This document shows, one piece after another, positions 27,610 through 36,843 of a stretch of 64,000 bases of DNA (positions are counted from its first letter, which is position 1; each line of letters opens with the position of its first letter). The translations under genes and the position numbers were made by a program. Source of the DNA: Acidimicrobiales bacterium (lineage in GTDB: Bacteria > Actinomycetota > Acidimicrobiia > Acidimicrobiales > Palsa-688). The notes beneath the pieces are model-generated. The model was not told the DNA's origin. It did not search any database and was given only the letters and a program-made list of their open reading frames with translations. Location of the stretch: contig DASZNC010000059.1 of NCBI GenBank assembly GCA_035551615.1, positions 13,099 through 77,098 on the forward strand, in the 5' to 3' direction.

Positions 27610-28245
27610 ATGAGCAAGCTTCAGATCATCGTCGGCAGCACGCGGGAGACCCGGGCCGCCGACCGGGTCCTGCCGTGGGTGACCCGTCGGGCCGAGGCGC
27701 ACCCCGATTTCGATGTCGAGGTGCTCGACCTGCGGGACTGGCCTCTCCCGATGTTCGCCGAGCATCTCGGCACCATCGGTGACAGAAACGATCCCACCTA
27801 CTCCGATCCGATCGTGAAGCGGTGGAATCAGAAGATCAAGGAGGGCGACGCCTTCCTGGTCATCACCCCGGAGTACAACCACAGCGTTCCGGGCGTGTTG
27901 AAGAACGCCATCGACAACGTGTTCGTGTCCTTCGCGCTGCGCAACAAGCCCATCGCCGCCGTCGGCTACAGCGGGGGGTTGGCGGCCGCCATCCGGGCCA
28001 TCGAGCATCTGGCCCACATCGCCATCGAGGCCGACATGCACCCCCTGCGCAGCAGTGTGCTCATCCCGTTCGTCCAGACCGCCTTCGACGACGACGGCAG
28101 CCCCAAGGACCCGATGACCGAAACGGCCATGCAGATCGTCCTGGACGACCTGGCGTGGTGGTCGAAGCTGCTCGAGTCGGGACGGGCCGCCGGCGAGCTG
28201 CCGCCGGCCGTGTTCCGGCTCCGGGCCGGATCGCCTAAGACCTGA
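27610..28245 (+). CDS. NADPH-dependent FMN reductase family protein
   Basis: MSKLQIIVGSTRETRAADRV...ITPEYNHSVPGVLKNAIDNV flavodoxin-like FMN-reductase signature. Confidence 0.8.
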   Translation: MSKLQIIVGSTRETRAADRVLPWVTRRAEAHPDFDVEVLDLRDWPLPMFAEHLGTIGDRNDPTYSDPIVKRWNQKIKEGDAFLVITPEYNHSVPGVLKNAIDNVFVSFALRNKPIAAVGYSGGLAAAIRAIEHLAHIAIEADMHPLRSSVLIPFVQTAFDDDGSPKDPMTETAMQIVLDDLAWWSKLLESGRAAGELPPAVFRLRAGSPKT

Positions 28246-28325
28246 CCGGCGGACCGGAGACGGCGACGCCCTCCGGTCGTGACCGGCGGACGGGAGACGG
28301 AGCCGGGTGGACGGCTGACCGGCGG

Positions 28326-29114
28326 TCAGAACGCCGGTGGACGGCTCTTCGGGGCCGGCGGCCGGGGCAGTTGGACACCGTCGAGCACGATGTCGGTCCG
28401 CTCGTTGTAGAACGCGACCAGGCCGGCGATCGGCGCCAGTGCGGCGGTGGGCAGGTCGTAGCTCCAGGCCAGGTCCCGGTGCTCGACCCGCCCGACCCGG
28501 ACCGACCAGTACGAGCCGGTCCGGCCCTTGTACGGACACTCGGTGACGGTGTCGGTCGGCACCATCCGGGAGAAGTCGATATCGGTGCGGTTCAGGTAGT
28601 AGCGGGTCGGGAGGCCGGTTTCGAAGACGAGGACCGGTGACGTGGTCTCGGCCACGACGGCTCCCCCCAGTTTGATCACGACCGAGCGGGTGGACCGGAC
28701 GGCATCGACCCGGGAGTACGGGTTGCGCGGATGCACGTAGACGCGCTCGTCCTCCTCGAACCAGGCGTCGAACGCCGACCACCGGAAACGCACCGTCTCC
28801 TCCAGTCGCGGATCGGTGGCCTGTCGGACCACGTGGGCGGCGCCGGAGCGCAGCTCGGAACCGCAACGCAGCCCATGTAGGTGGGCCCACCCGAACGGGC
28901 CCGGCCGGCGCCCGTCCTCGGGGACCAGGGCCCGGCGCTCGACGTCGGAACGGGGGATGTAGAACTGCGGATAGCCGGCCCACTCCCAGACGTAGAAGGC
29001 GTTGACGGAATCGACGACGGCGCGCCGACCGATGAACGCCCGGATGCGCCGGGGCACCGGTTGGACGCGGTCCGGCGGCATCAGCGCCGCTGGGTACCGG
29101 ATCGGTGAGTCCAT
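28326..29114 (-). CDS. DUF427 domain protein (two DUF427 repeats)
   Basis: Two copies of the Y(I/L)PRxD(V/I) motif: QFYIPRSDVERR and TRYYLNRTDIDFSR. Confidence 0.6.
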   Translation of the reverse strand: MDSPIRYPAALMPPDRVQPVPRRIRAFIGRRAVVDSVNAFYVWEWAGYPQFYIPRSDVERRALVPEDGRRPGPFGWAHLHGLRCGSELRSGAAHVVRQATDPRLEETVRFRWSAFDAWFEEDERVYVHPRNPYSRVDAVRSTRSVVIKLGGAVVAETTSPVLVFETGLPTRYYLNRTDIDFSRMVPTDTVTECPYKGRTGSYWSVRVGRVEHRDLAWSYDLPTAALAPIAGLVAFYNERTDIVLDGVQLPRPPAPKSRPPAF

Positions 29115-29146
29115 CGCATCGAGTATGGCGGACGTAGCCTGCGCCG

Positions 29147-29608
29147 ATGCCTTTCGTGCCCGACGACTTCGACGTACCGACGGCGGCCGGCACCGACCGG
29201 TTCGTCCTGGAACCGCTCGACGTCATGCACAACGAGGCCGACCTGGCGGCGTGGTCGTCGAGCATCGACCACATCCGCGCCACCCCCGGATTCCCCGACG
29301 GGGACTGGCCGCCGCTCGCCGGCATGTCGAGCGATCGGAACCGGTCGGACCTGGCCCGCCACGCCGACGACTTCGCCCAGCGCAGGGGTTTCACCTACAC
29401 CGTTCTCGACCCGGCCGACGGGCGGGTGATCGGCTGCCTGTACATCTATCCGTCGAAGAAGGACGGCCACGAGGCCGAGGTCTCATCGTGGGTCAGCGCC
29501 GAACGGGCCGAGCTGGACGGGCCGCTTTACCGTTTCGTGTCCGACTGGCTCGACCGCGGCTGGCCGTTCACGAGCGTGGACTACGGGCCGCGACCAGCCG
29601 GCACATGA
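29147..29608 (+). CDS. putative GNAT-fold acetyltransferase-like protein
   Basis: 153 aa with a FTYTVLDPADGRVIGCLYIYP beta-strand pattern. The assignment is tentative. Confidence 0.45.
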   Translation: MPFVPDDFDVPTAAGTDRFVLEPLDVMHNEADLAAWSSSIDHIRATPGFPDGDWPPLAGMSSDRNRSDLARHADDFAQRRGFTYTVLDPADGRVIGCLYIYPSKKDGHEAEVSSWVSAERAELDGPLYRFVSDWLDRGWPFTSVDYGPRPAGT

Positions 29609-29688
29609 GACCGCCGGCCGGTCCCCGGCTGGTACGCTGATGGGTCCCCCCGAATCGGGCCCTGCGGCCCGCGGATACGGAGCCTTCC

Positions 29689-31170
29689 TTGTCTTCCCCC
29701 TCGTTCGCAGAGCTCGGCGTTGCCGCCGATGCCGTCCGCTATCTCCGCGCCCGCGGCATCGATAGTGCTTTCCCCATCCAGGCCCTGGCCATCCCGCCGG
29801 CCCTGGCCGGTCGCGACATATGCGGCCGGGCCCCGACCGGATCGGGGAAGACCATCGCCTTCGGCCTGCCGGTCGCCGCTCGCGTCCCCCGGGGTGGGCC
29901 CCGCCGGCCCACCGCCCTGATCCTGGCTCCCACCCGGGAGCTGGCCGCCCAGATCGAGAAGGAGATGGCCCTGCTGCTGGGTCGCGACGGCCATCGCCGA
30001 GTGGCCGCCTTCTACGGCGGAGTCGGATTCGGCCCCCAGCTGAAGGCTCTGAGTCGCGGCATCGATGTCGCTGTGGCCTGCCCGGGGCGGCTGAAGGACC
30101 TGATCGACCGAGGCGACATCTCCCTCGGCGACGTGCAGATCGTCGTCCTCGACGAGGCCGACCGGATGGCGGACATGGGCTTCCTGCCCGAGGTGCGCCG
30201 TCTGTTGAACCAGGTGCGTGACGACCGCCAGACCATGCTCTTCTCGGCCACGCTGGACGGCGACGTCGACACCCTGATCCGCAATTACCAGCGCGACCCG
30301 GTCCACGTGGCCGTCGAGGCGGAGGCATCGGCCGGGGCGACGACCACGCACAACTGGGTCGACGTGCCCCGCGAGGAGCGGGTGGCGTTGACCGCCGGCT
30401 ACATCGCCGACCACGGCTCCACCGTCGTCTTCTGCCGGACCAAGCACGGCGCCGACCGGCTGGCCCGACAGCTGTCGAACGCCGGCGTGTCGGCCGTGCC
30501 GATCCACGGCGACCGGTCCCAGGGCCAACGGGAGAAGGCGCTGGCCGCCTTCGCCGCCGGCCGGGCCCAGGCCCTGGTCGCCACGGACGTGGCCGCCCGG
30601 GGTATCCACGTGGACGACGTCCGCTGCGTGGTCCACTTCGATCTGCCGGCGACCGACAAGGACTACATGCACCGGTCGGGACGGACCGGTCGGGCCGGTG
30701 CCGACGGCACGGTGATCGCCTACGTCACGCCCAACACGCTGGACCTGGCCCGTGATCTGCGGCGCGCTCTGGTCGGTGTGGTCCCGGCCAAGAGCTCGGC
30801 CAGCCGCGACGTGGCCCGCCCGGCCGGCACCCCGGCGCCGACCACCCCGGCGACGCCCGCGGGCTCCGACCCGGCCCCGCCGCGTACCAATGGATCGGAC
30901 CCGTCGGGGCCGATTCCGATCGCTCGCGGCCAGGGTCGCCACCCGGGCCGGCGCGGCCAGGGTGGCCCCAAGCCGGCTGGCCAGAACGGCTCCCAGTCGC
31001 GAGGCCAGGGCGGCCAGAACGGCAGCCCGGCCCGGCCCAAGAACGGGGCCAAGGCCGGCGTCGGCCGCACCGGGGAACGCTGGACCGGCTCGAAGCCGGC
31101 GGCCAAGGGTGGAACCGCATCCGGGCCCGGCCCCCGCCGCGCCGCCCGTCCCCGCCGCCGGCCGGCCTGA
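29689..31170 (+). CDS. DEAD-box ATP-dependent RNA helicase with Arg/Gly/Pro-rich C-terminal tail
   Basis: Q motif F...PIQ, Walker A APTGSGKT, DEAD (LDEADRM), SAT, HGD, HRSGRTGRAG motifs. The C-terminus is low-complexity RG/PA-rich. Confidence 0.9.
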   Translation: MSSPSFAELGVAADAVRYLRARGIDSAFPIQALAIPPALAGRDICGRAPTGSGKTIAFGLPVAARVPRGGPRRPTALILAPTRELAAQIEKEMALLLGRDGHRRVAAFYGGVGFGPQLKALSRGIDVAVACPGRLKDLIDRGDISLGDVQIVVLDEADRMADMGFLPEVRRLLNQVRDDRQTMLFSATLDGDVDTLIRNYQRDPVHVAVEAEASAGATTTHNWVDVPREERVALTAGYIADHGSTVVFCRTKHGADRLARQLSNAGVSAVPIHGDRSQGQREKALAAFAAGRAQALVATDVAARGIHVDDVRCVVHFDLPATDKDYMHRSGRTGRAGADGTVIAYVTPNTLDLARDLRRALVGVVPAKSSASRDVARPAGTPAPTTPATPAGSDPAPPRTNGSDPSGPIPIARGQGRHPGRRGQGGPKPAGQNGSQSRGQGGQNGSPARPKNGAKAGVGRTGERWTGSKPAAKGGTASGPGPRRAARPRRRPA

Positions 31171-31231
31171 ACCGCCCCACTGCCCCCTATCGCCGACCCG
31201 CGGCTCCTTTGACCTGATCCGGCGCGGGGCC

Positions 31232-31261
31232 TTGACATGTGACTATTTAGTCACGTATTCT
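31232..31261 (+). promoter_or_regulatory. sigma-A-like promoter (TTGACA-18-TATTCT) with GTGACTA-tt-TAGTCAC palindrome in the spacer; predicted leaderless transcript
   Basis: Consensus -35, a 7-bp perfect inverted repeat at 31239-31254 and the -10 ending 6 nt before the GTG start of the ArsR-like gene. Confidence 0.45.
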
Positions 31262-31267
31262 GATCCA

Positions 31268-32020
31268 GTGGACGAGGTGTTCAGGGCGCTGGCCGATCCG
31301 ACCCGGAGGGGGCTGCTCGACGAGCTGTTCCGCCGGGACGGCCAGACCCTCACTGAGCTCGAGGAGCGGGTGCAGATGACCCGCTTCGGGGTGATGAAGC
31401 ACCTGAAGCAACTGGAGGAGGCCGGCTTGGTCGTCTCCCGCCGGCGGGGGCGGGAGAAACTGCATTTCCTCAACCCGGTGCCCATCCGGCTGGTCCACGA
31501 CAGATGGGTGAGCAAGTACGCCGAGCCCTGGGTCGCCGGGCTGGCCGAGATCAAGGAGAGGTTGGAACGAACCATGGAGAAGATCTACGAGATCTACATT
31601 CGGACCACGCCCGAGTTGCTGTGGGAGGCCATCACCGACCCGGAGATACGGGCCAAGTACCACTTCGGCACGGCCGCCTTCACCGACTGGAAGCCGGGGT
31701 CGGCCATCGAGGTCAAGAACCCGAAGGCCGGGTCGCTGCTCGGTGAGGGCGAGGTGCTCGAGGTCGATCCCCCCCATCGCCTGGTGCACACCATGACCGC
31801 CCTGTGGGGAGATGACGTGAGAGCCGAGGGGGCGTCGCGGGTCACATGGGAGATCGTCCCGGTGGGCGACTCTTGCCAGCTGACGGTCACCCACGACCAG
31901 ATGCGGGAGGGGGCCAACAACCAGCTGTACGGCGGCTGGCCGATGATCCTCTCCGGCCTGAAGACGTGGCTGGAGACGGGCGAGCTGCTGACCACGCCGG
32001 GATCGTTGATGTACACCTGA
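31268..32020 (+). CDS. ArsR/SmtB-family HTH regulator fused to SRPBCC/AHSA1-like domain
   Basis: ADPTRRGLLDELF...LEERVQMTRFGVMKHLKQLEEAGLV ArsR HTH followed by an ~150-aa activator-of-Hsp90-ATPase-like domain. Confidence 0.75.
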   Translation: MDEVFRALADPTRRGLLDELFRRDGQTLTELEERVQMTRFGVMKHLKQLEEAGLVVSRRRGREKLHFLNPVPIRLVHDRWVSKYAEPWVAGLAEIKERLERTMEKIYEIYIRTTPELLWEAITDPEIRAKYHFGTAAFTDWKPGSAIEVKNPKAGSLLGEGEVLEVDPPHRLVHTMTALWGDDVRAEGASRVTWEIVPVGDSCQLTVTHDQMREGANNQLYGGWPMILSGLKTWLETGELLTTPGSLMYT

Positions 32021-32124
32021 ACGGGCCGACGGTCAGGAGGTGCTCGAGGCCCTCGACGTCCGATCGCCACCGGCGCGCACATGATGAGGACCTGAGACCG
32101 GCCCACGTCATAACCTCCCCGCCC

Positions 32125-34299
32125 ATGACCCTGCCCCTCACCCTCGAGCAGAAGGCTGCCCTCCTGTCCGGCCAGGACTTCTGGTCGACACATCCGGTCG
32201 AGGAGATGGGCGTGCCGTCGGTCGTCATGACCGACGGTCCTCATGGGATCCGCCGCCAGGCCGGCTCGTTCGACCACATCGGACTGAACGCCAGCCTGCC
32301 GGCCACCTGCTTCCCGCCGGCGGTGGCGGTCGGTTGCAGTTGGGACCGGGAAGTGGCCCGCCGGGTGGGCGGTGCGGTGGGCGCCGAGGCCCGCGCCCTG
32401 GGCGTGCACATCGCGCTGGGCCCGGGGATCAACATCAAGCGGTCGCCGCTGTGTGGGCGGAACTTCGAGTACTACTCGGAGGATCCGTTGCTGGCCGGGG
32501 AGCTGGCCGCCGCCCACGTATCCGGCCAGCAGGAGGTGGGGGTCGGGGCCTCGCTCAAGCACTTCGCCGCCAACAACCAGGAAACCGACCGCATGCAGGT
32601 GAGCGCCGACATCGACGAGCGCACCCTCAGGGAGATCTATCTGACCGCCTTCGAGCGGGTGGTCACGACGGCGCGGCCGGCGACGGTGATGTGCTCTTAC
32701 AACCGGATCAACGGGGTGTACTCGTCCGAGAACCGCTGGCTGCTCACCGATCTGTTGCGGGGCGAGTGGGGTTTCTCCGGGCTGGTCGTGTCGGACTGGG
32801 GGGCGGTCCACGACCCGGTGGCCGCGGTGGCCGCCGGTCTCGACCTGGAGATGCCGGGCACGGGCGGGGCGAGCGCCCAGATGATCGTCGATGCCGTCCG
32901 GGCCGGACGCCTCGACGAGGCCGAGGTCGATGCCGCCGCCGAGCGGGTGCTGGCGCTGGCCGGGCTGGTGCAGGAACCGTCCCCCGGGTTCGATGTCGAG
33001 GGCCATCACCAACTGGCCCGCGATCTGGCGGCCGACTGCGCCGTCCTGCTCAAGAACGACCACGACGTGCTGCCGATATCCGGGGTCGGCGTGATCGCCG
33101 TGATCGGCGAGCTGGCCGACCACCTGCGTTTCCAGGGGGGCGGCAGCTCCCACATCAACGCCACCCGGGTAGACACACCCATAGACGCCATCCGGGCCGC
33201 CGCCGCCGGCCGCGGCATCGAGGTGCGCCACCACGGGGGCTACGAGATCGACCGGGTCCGGTCGGCGGCGACCGGCGCCGGCGTGGCCGTCGTGTTCGCC
33301 GGGCTGCGCGACCGTGAGGAGTCGGAGGGCTTCGACCGGACGTCGCTCTCGATCGCCGACGAGCAGATCGCCGCCATCCGGGACGCCGCCGATGCCGCCG
33401 GGCGCACGGTCGTCGTGCTGGCCAACGGCAGCGTGGTCTCGCTGGAGGGCTGGCACGACGACGCCGACGCCATCCTGGAGGGGTTCCTCCTGGGCCAGGC
33501 CGGCGGCGGCGCCATCGCCGACCTGTTGTTCGGCGATGCCAATCCGTCGGGGCGCCTGGCCGAAACCATCCCGCTCCGTCTCGAGGACACCCCGGCGTTC
33601 GTCAACTTCCCCGGCGAAGCGGGTCACGTTCGCTACGGCGAGGGGGTCATGGTCGGCTACCGCTGGTACGAGACGGTGGGTCGCGAGGTGCGCTACCCGT
33701 TCGGTTACGGGCTCAGCTACACGACTTTCGCCACGTCGGCGCTGACCGTCGAGGTCATCGGCGACGACACCGCCCGGGCCCGGGTGACGGTGACCAACAC
33801 CGGCCGGCGGGCGGGCAAGCACGTGGTGCAGCTGTACGTGGCCACCTCGTGCGGCCCGGTGCGACGGCCGCAGCGCGAGTTGCGGGCCTTCACCAAAGTG
33901 GCGCTCGAACCGGGTCAGTCCGAGGAGGTGACGTTCGAGCTGGACCGCCGGGCGTTCGCCTATTACGACCTGCCGCACCGCGAGTGGGTGGTCGGGCCCG
34001 GCGACTACACCATCCAGATCGCCGACGACGCCTCGACGGTGCGGGCCGAGACGACGATCCGCCTGGCCGGCCAGATCGTCATACCGATCCTCACCATCCA
34101 CTCCAGCCTGGGCGAGTGGCTCGGCCACCCGACCGCCGGGCCGCTGCTGAGCAAGGCGGTCGGTAGCTTCCTCGGCGACGACACCGAATCGGAGATGTTC
34201 CGCATGGCCGCCCAGATCCCGATCGCCACCCTGCTCAACATGTTCGCCGGCGCCCTGCCGACCGACCTGGTCGACGAGATCAGGAGGGTCGCGCAGTAG
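32125..34299 (+). CDS. glycoside hydrolase family 3 beta-glucosidase
   Basis: GH3 N-domain (HGIRRQ, KHFAANNQE), nucleophile region GFSGLVVSDWGA, C-terminal sandwich and fibronectin-like domain. About 724 aa from ATG 32125. Confidence 0.9.
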   Translation: MTLPLTLEQKAALLSGQDFWSTHPVEEMGVPSVVMTDGPHGIRRQAGSFDHIGLNASLPATCFPPAVAVGCSWDREVARRVGGAVGAEARALGVHIALGPGINIKRSPLCGRNFEYYSEDPLLAGELAAAHVSGQQEVGVGASLKHFAANNQETDRMQVSADIDERTLREIYLTAFERVVTTARPATVMCSYNRINGVYSSENRWLLTDLLRGEWGFSGLVVSDWGAVHDPVAAVAAGLDLEMPGTGGASAQMIVDAVRAGRLDEAEVDAAAERVLALAGLVQEPSPGFDVEGHHQLARDLAADCAVLLKNDHDVLPISGVGVIAVIGELADHLRFQGGGSSHINATRVDTPIDAIRAAAAGRGIEVRHHGGYEIDRVRSAATGAGVAVVFAGLRDREESEGFDRTSLSIADEQIAAIRDAADAAGRTVVVLANGSVVSLEGWHDDADAILEGFLLGQAGGGAIADLLFGDANPSGRLAETIPLRLEDTPAFVNFPGEAGHVRYGEGVMVGYRWYETVGREVRYPFGYGLSYTTFATSALTVEVIGDDTARARVTVTNTGRRAGKHVVQLYVATSCGPVRRPQRELRAFTKVALEPGQSEEVTFELDRRAFAYYDLPHREWVVGPGDYTIQIADDASTVRAETTIRLAGQIVIPILTIHSSLGEWLGHPTAGPLLSKAVGSFLGDDTESEMFRMAAQIPIATLLNMFAGALPTDLVDEIRRVAQ

Positions 34300-35110
34300 A
34301 CCTGGCCCGGTCCCAAACCATCCCGTCCGACGCCGGCTCCCGGTCGAGGAGGACCTGGGCCGGGCTCTGCTTGTCGATGTGGCCGATCAGGCTGTTGTAC
34401 ACGCCGTAGCCGACCATATCCCTGAGCCGGGCCGGCATCCGGGCCACCATCTCGACGGGCACACCCAGCTGCTGGTTCTCCTGCTGGCGGATGTAGCCGG
34501 CGCAGTAGTTCATGGCCACCCCGACCCGGCGCTCGCCGGTCGTGTTGGTGCCGCCGCCGTGCCACAGGCTGCCATGCCACACGAGCACGCTCCCCCGCCG
34601 CATGACGGCCGGCTCCGAGTCGTAGTGCCGGCCGTAGTCCGGGGACGAGTCGGCCAGGTGGGTGCCGCTGATGATCCGGGTGGCACCGTTGGCCTCGGTG
34701 AAGTCGGTCAGCGCCCACATGGTGTTGCAGACGGTCGGCGGGTGCGGCTTGGGAATGGGGATCAGCTGATCGTCGGCGTGGATGGGCTGGGCGCTCTCAC
34801 CCGGCCGGATGTCGATCGACGACAGGGAGGACACCAGGCAGCCCCGGTCGAGCACGCCTTCGACGACGGGCAGCACGGCCGGGTGCAACGGGACCTGCCA
34901 CCACAGCTCGCCGCGGGCCAGCAGGTTGTAGACCCGGTAGGTGCTGCGCCCTTCGAAAGAGTTGTCGGCCGGCTGCACCTCCAACTCGGCGACCAGCCGG
35001 TCCACGTCGGCGAGCAGCCCGTCGGCCCCCGCCGGGTCGATGGCGTCCTCGACCACGGTCCAACCCTGTTCGGCGATGCAGTCGATGTGGTCCTGGGCGG
35101 TCAGGGTCAC
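34280..35110 (-). CDS. phytanoyl-CoA dioxygenase (PhyH) family Fe(II)/2OG oxygenase
   Basis: HADDQ (H-x-D) and a later H (GSLWHGGG) facial-triad pattern. 276 aa. Confidence 0.8.
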   Translation of the reverse strand: MTLTAQDHIDCIAEQGWTVVEDAIDPAGADGLLADVDRLVAELEVQPADNSFEGRSTYRVYNLLARGELWWQVPLHPAVLPVVEGVLDRGCLVSSLSSIDIRPGESAQPIHADDQLIPIPKPHPPTVCNTMWALTDFTEANGATRIISGTHLADSSPDYGRHYDSEPAVMRRGSVLVWHGSLWHGGGTNTTGERRVGVAMNYCAGYIRQQENQQLGVPVEMVARMPARLRDMVGYGVYNSLIGHIDKQSPAQVLLDREPASDGMVWDRARSTARPS

Positions 35111-36495
35111 TCCGTGTGGTCACCTTCCACGAAGCCACCGTTCAGGGCGGCCGGCGCGCTCCCGTGGCCGTTGGCCAGCGGGGCGGCCTGACCCAGGCTG
35201 TGGCGCAGGGTCTCGAAGATGGTGAGGCCCTGGGCGGCCAGGCCGACGGCGACCTCACCGACGCCCTGGGAACCGTTGAGCACGGTCAGGTTCGACCCGG
35301 ATATGCCGCCGGCCGCAGCCTGCACCAGTGCGGGCAGCATCTCGACCAGCTTGTTGGCCGCGATCAGCGGCTGGTTGTCACCCGACAGGGCGGCCGCCCG
35401 GGCGTTGATGGCGTCAGCCTCGGCGGCGGCGGTGGTCCGCTGGGCGAACGCCTCGGCGTCGGCTTCGGCCTTACGGGCATCGGCCGCACCCTGGGCCGAC
35501 GCCCGCTGGGCATCGGCGTCGGCCTCGGCCAGCTGACGTTTCCGTGACGCCTCCGCCTCGGTCGTGAGCAGGGTGGTGTCGCGGTTGGCTTCGGCCATGG
35601 CCCGCTGGCGGAAGGCTTCGCCCTCGGTGTTGTGCTTCACGGCATCGCGGGCGGCCTCGGCCATCGTCCGCTGCTTGTACGCCTCGGCGTCGGCCGGCCG
35701 GCGCACGTCGGACTCGAGCCGCTTGTCGGTCAGCGCCGCCTGGCGCTCGGCCAGCATCGTCTGCTCGGAGATCACGTCCTGCTGCGCCTTGGCGTCGGCC
35801 AGCGGGCCGGCCTGGGCCGCCCTGGCCTCGGCGTCGTGGACCTCGGCCTGGATGGAGGCCTGCAGGATGGCCGTCTGCTGGGCGAACTGGGCCTTGGCCC
35901 GGGCCGCCGCCTGCTCCTTCTCGGACGCCTCCTGATCACGCTCGGCGGCGGCGATCCGGGCCTGCGACGCCACCGCTGCGGCGTGGGGCGCAGCCAGGTT
36001 GGCGATGTATCCGGTCGGGTCCTCTATCTCCTGGATCTGCAGGCCGTCGACGACGATGCCCAGTTTTTCCATCTCCGGATGGGAACCGTCCTTCACCTCC
36101 TGGGCGACCTTGTCGCGCTCCCGCACGATCTCCTCGACGGTCAGGCTGCCGACGATCGACCGGAGGTGGCCGGCGAAGATGCGCCCGCAGAGCTCCTCCA
36201 TCCGGTTCTGCTCGGCCAGGAAGCGGCGGGCGGCGTTGGCGATCGACGCCGGATCGTCGCCCACCTTGAACACGGCAACGGCCCGCACCCGCAGCGGGAT
36301 GCCCTGGGTGGTCACGCATTCCTCGAGCAGCTCGGCCTCTCTGAGGGCGAGGGAGAGGAGCCGGGCCTTCTGCTTCACCGGCAGGACGAAGGCGCCGTGG
36401 CCGGTCACTATCCGGAACTGCTGATTCCCGTCCTTGTGCTTGGACCCCGAGATGAGCAGCGCTTCGTCAGGAGCCGGGACATGCCAGAACAGCAT
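35107..36495 (-). CDS. flotillin-like SPFH/band-7 protein
   Basis: SPFH domain N-terminus and a long Ala/Glu/Arg-rich coiled-coil (AEAxxQR repeats). Its stop overlaps the PhyH start (35107-35110). Confidence 0.85.
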   Translation of the reverse strand: MLFWHVPAPDEALLISGSKHKDGNQQFRIVTGHGAFVLPVKQKARLLSLALREAELLEECVTTQGIPLRVRAVAVFKVGDDPASIANAARRFLAEQNRMEELCGRIFAGHLRSIVGSLTVEEIVRERDKVAQEVKDGSHPEMEKLGIVVDGLQIQEIEDPTGYIANLAAPHAAAVASQARIAAAERDQEASEKEQAAARAKAQFAQQTAILQASIQAEVHDAEARAAQAGPLADAKAQQDVISEQTMLAERQAALTDKRLESDVRRPADAEAYKQRTMAEAARDAVKHNTEGEAFRQRAMAEANRDTTLLTTEAEASRKRQLAEADADAQRASAQGAADARKAEADAEAFAQRTTAAAEADAINARAAALSGDNQPLIAANKLVEMLPALVQAAAGGISGSNLTVLNGSQGVGEVAVGLAAQGLTIFETLRHSLGQAAPLANGHGSAPAALNGGFVEGDHTE

Positions 36496-36502
36496 CGTTA
36501 CC

Positions 36503-36736
36503 TCACAGACCGTCGGCCTCAGGGAACGGGGTTACGTCCACTGTGCGGGCCGACCTTTCGTCGACGATGACCACGGGAGAATGCTTGGCGACCGGGACGT
36601 CGCAGTAGGCGGCATAGCGCTCGGTGCCCCCGCGTATGGACACGACGATCTCACCCGGCCGGCCGGCCGGGATGGGCACGGTGACCCGGCCCATCCGGCC
36701 CTTCAGCGCTTCGGGTTCGTCCTCGCCATCGTCCAT
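36503..36736 (-). CDS. NfeD-like short protein (OB-fold), flotillin partner
   Basis: 77-aa product GRVTVPIPAGRPGEIVVSIRGGTERYAAYCD...VVIVDERSARTVDVTP, a typical NfeD C-terminal beta-barrel. It ends 7 nt before the flotillin gene start. Confidence 0.65.
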   Translation of the reverse strand: MDDGEDEPEALKGRMGRVTVPIPAGRPGEIVVSIRGGTERYAAYCDVPVAKHSPVVIVDERSARTVDVTPFPEADGL

Positions 36737-36792
36737 CGAGATGGATAGTAGGCACGCCCGTCGGGAAACCGACCAGGGCGTCCTCCGCATTT

Positions 36793-36839
36793 CGCCATTG
36801 CGCCATCGGGCGGCATTGGGCCATTGCGCCATCGGGCGG
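36793..36839. repeat. 21-bp direct repeat GCCATTGCGCCATCGGGCGGC x2 (5-nt spacer)
   Basis: Read directly in the sequence. It lies in the 107-nt gap between the CHAT gene stop and the NfeD start. Confidence 0.45.
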
Positions 36840-36843
36840 CCGG

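Noticed and set aside
31594-34128. 844-aa ORF on the minus strand
   Set aside because: It is antisense to the well-supported GH3 beta-glucosidase and has a low-complexity Gly/Arg/Pro-rich translation. This is the typical spurious open frame of high-GC DNA.
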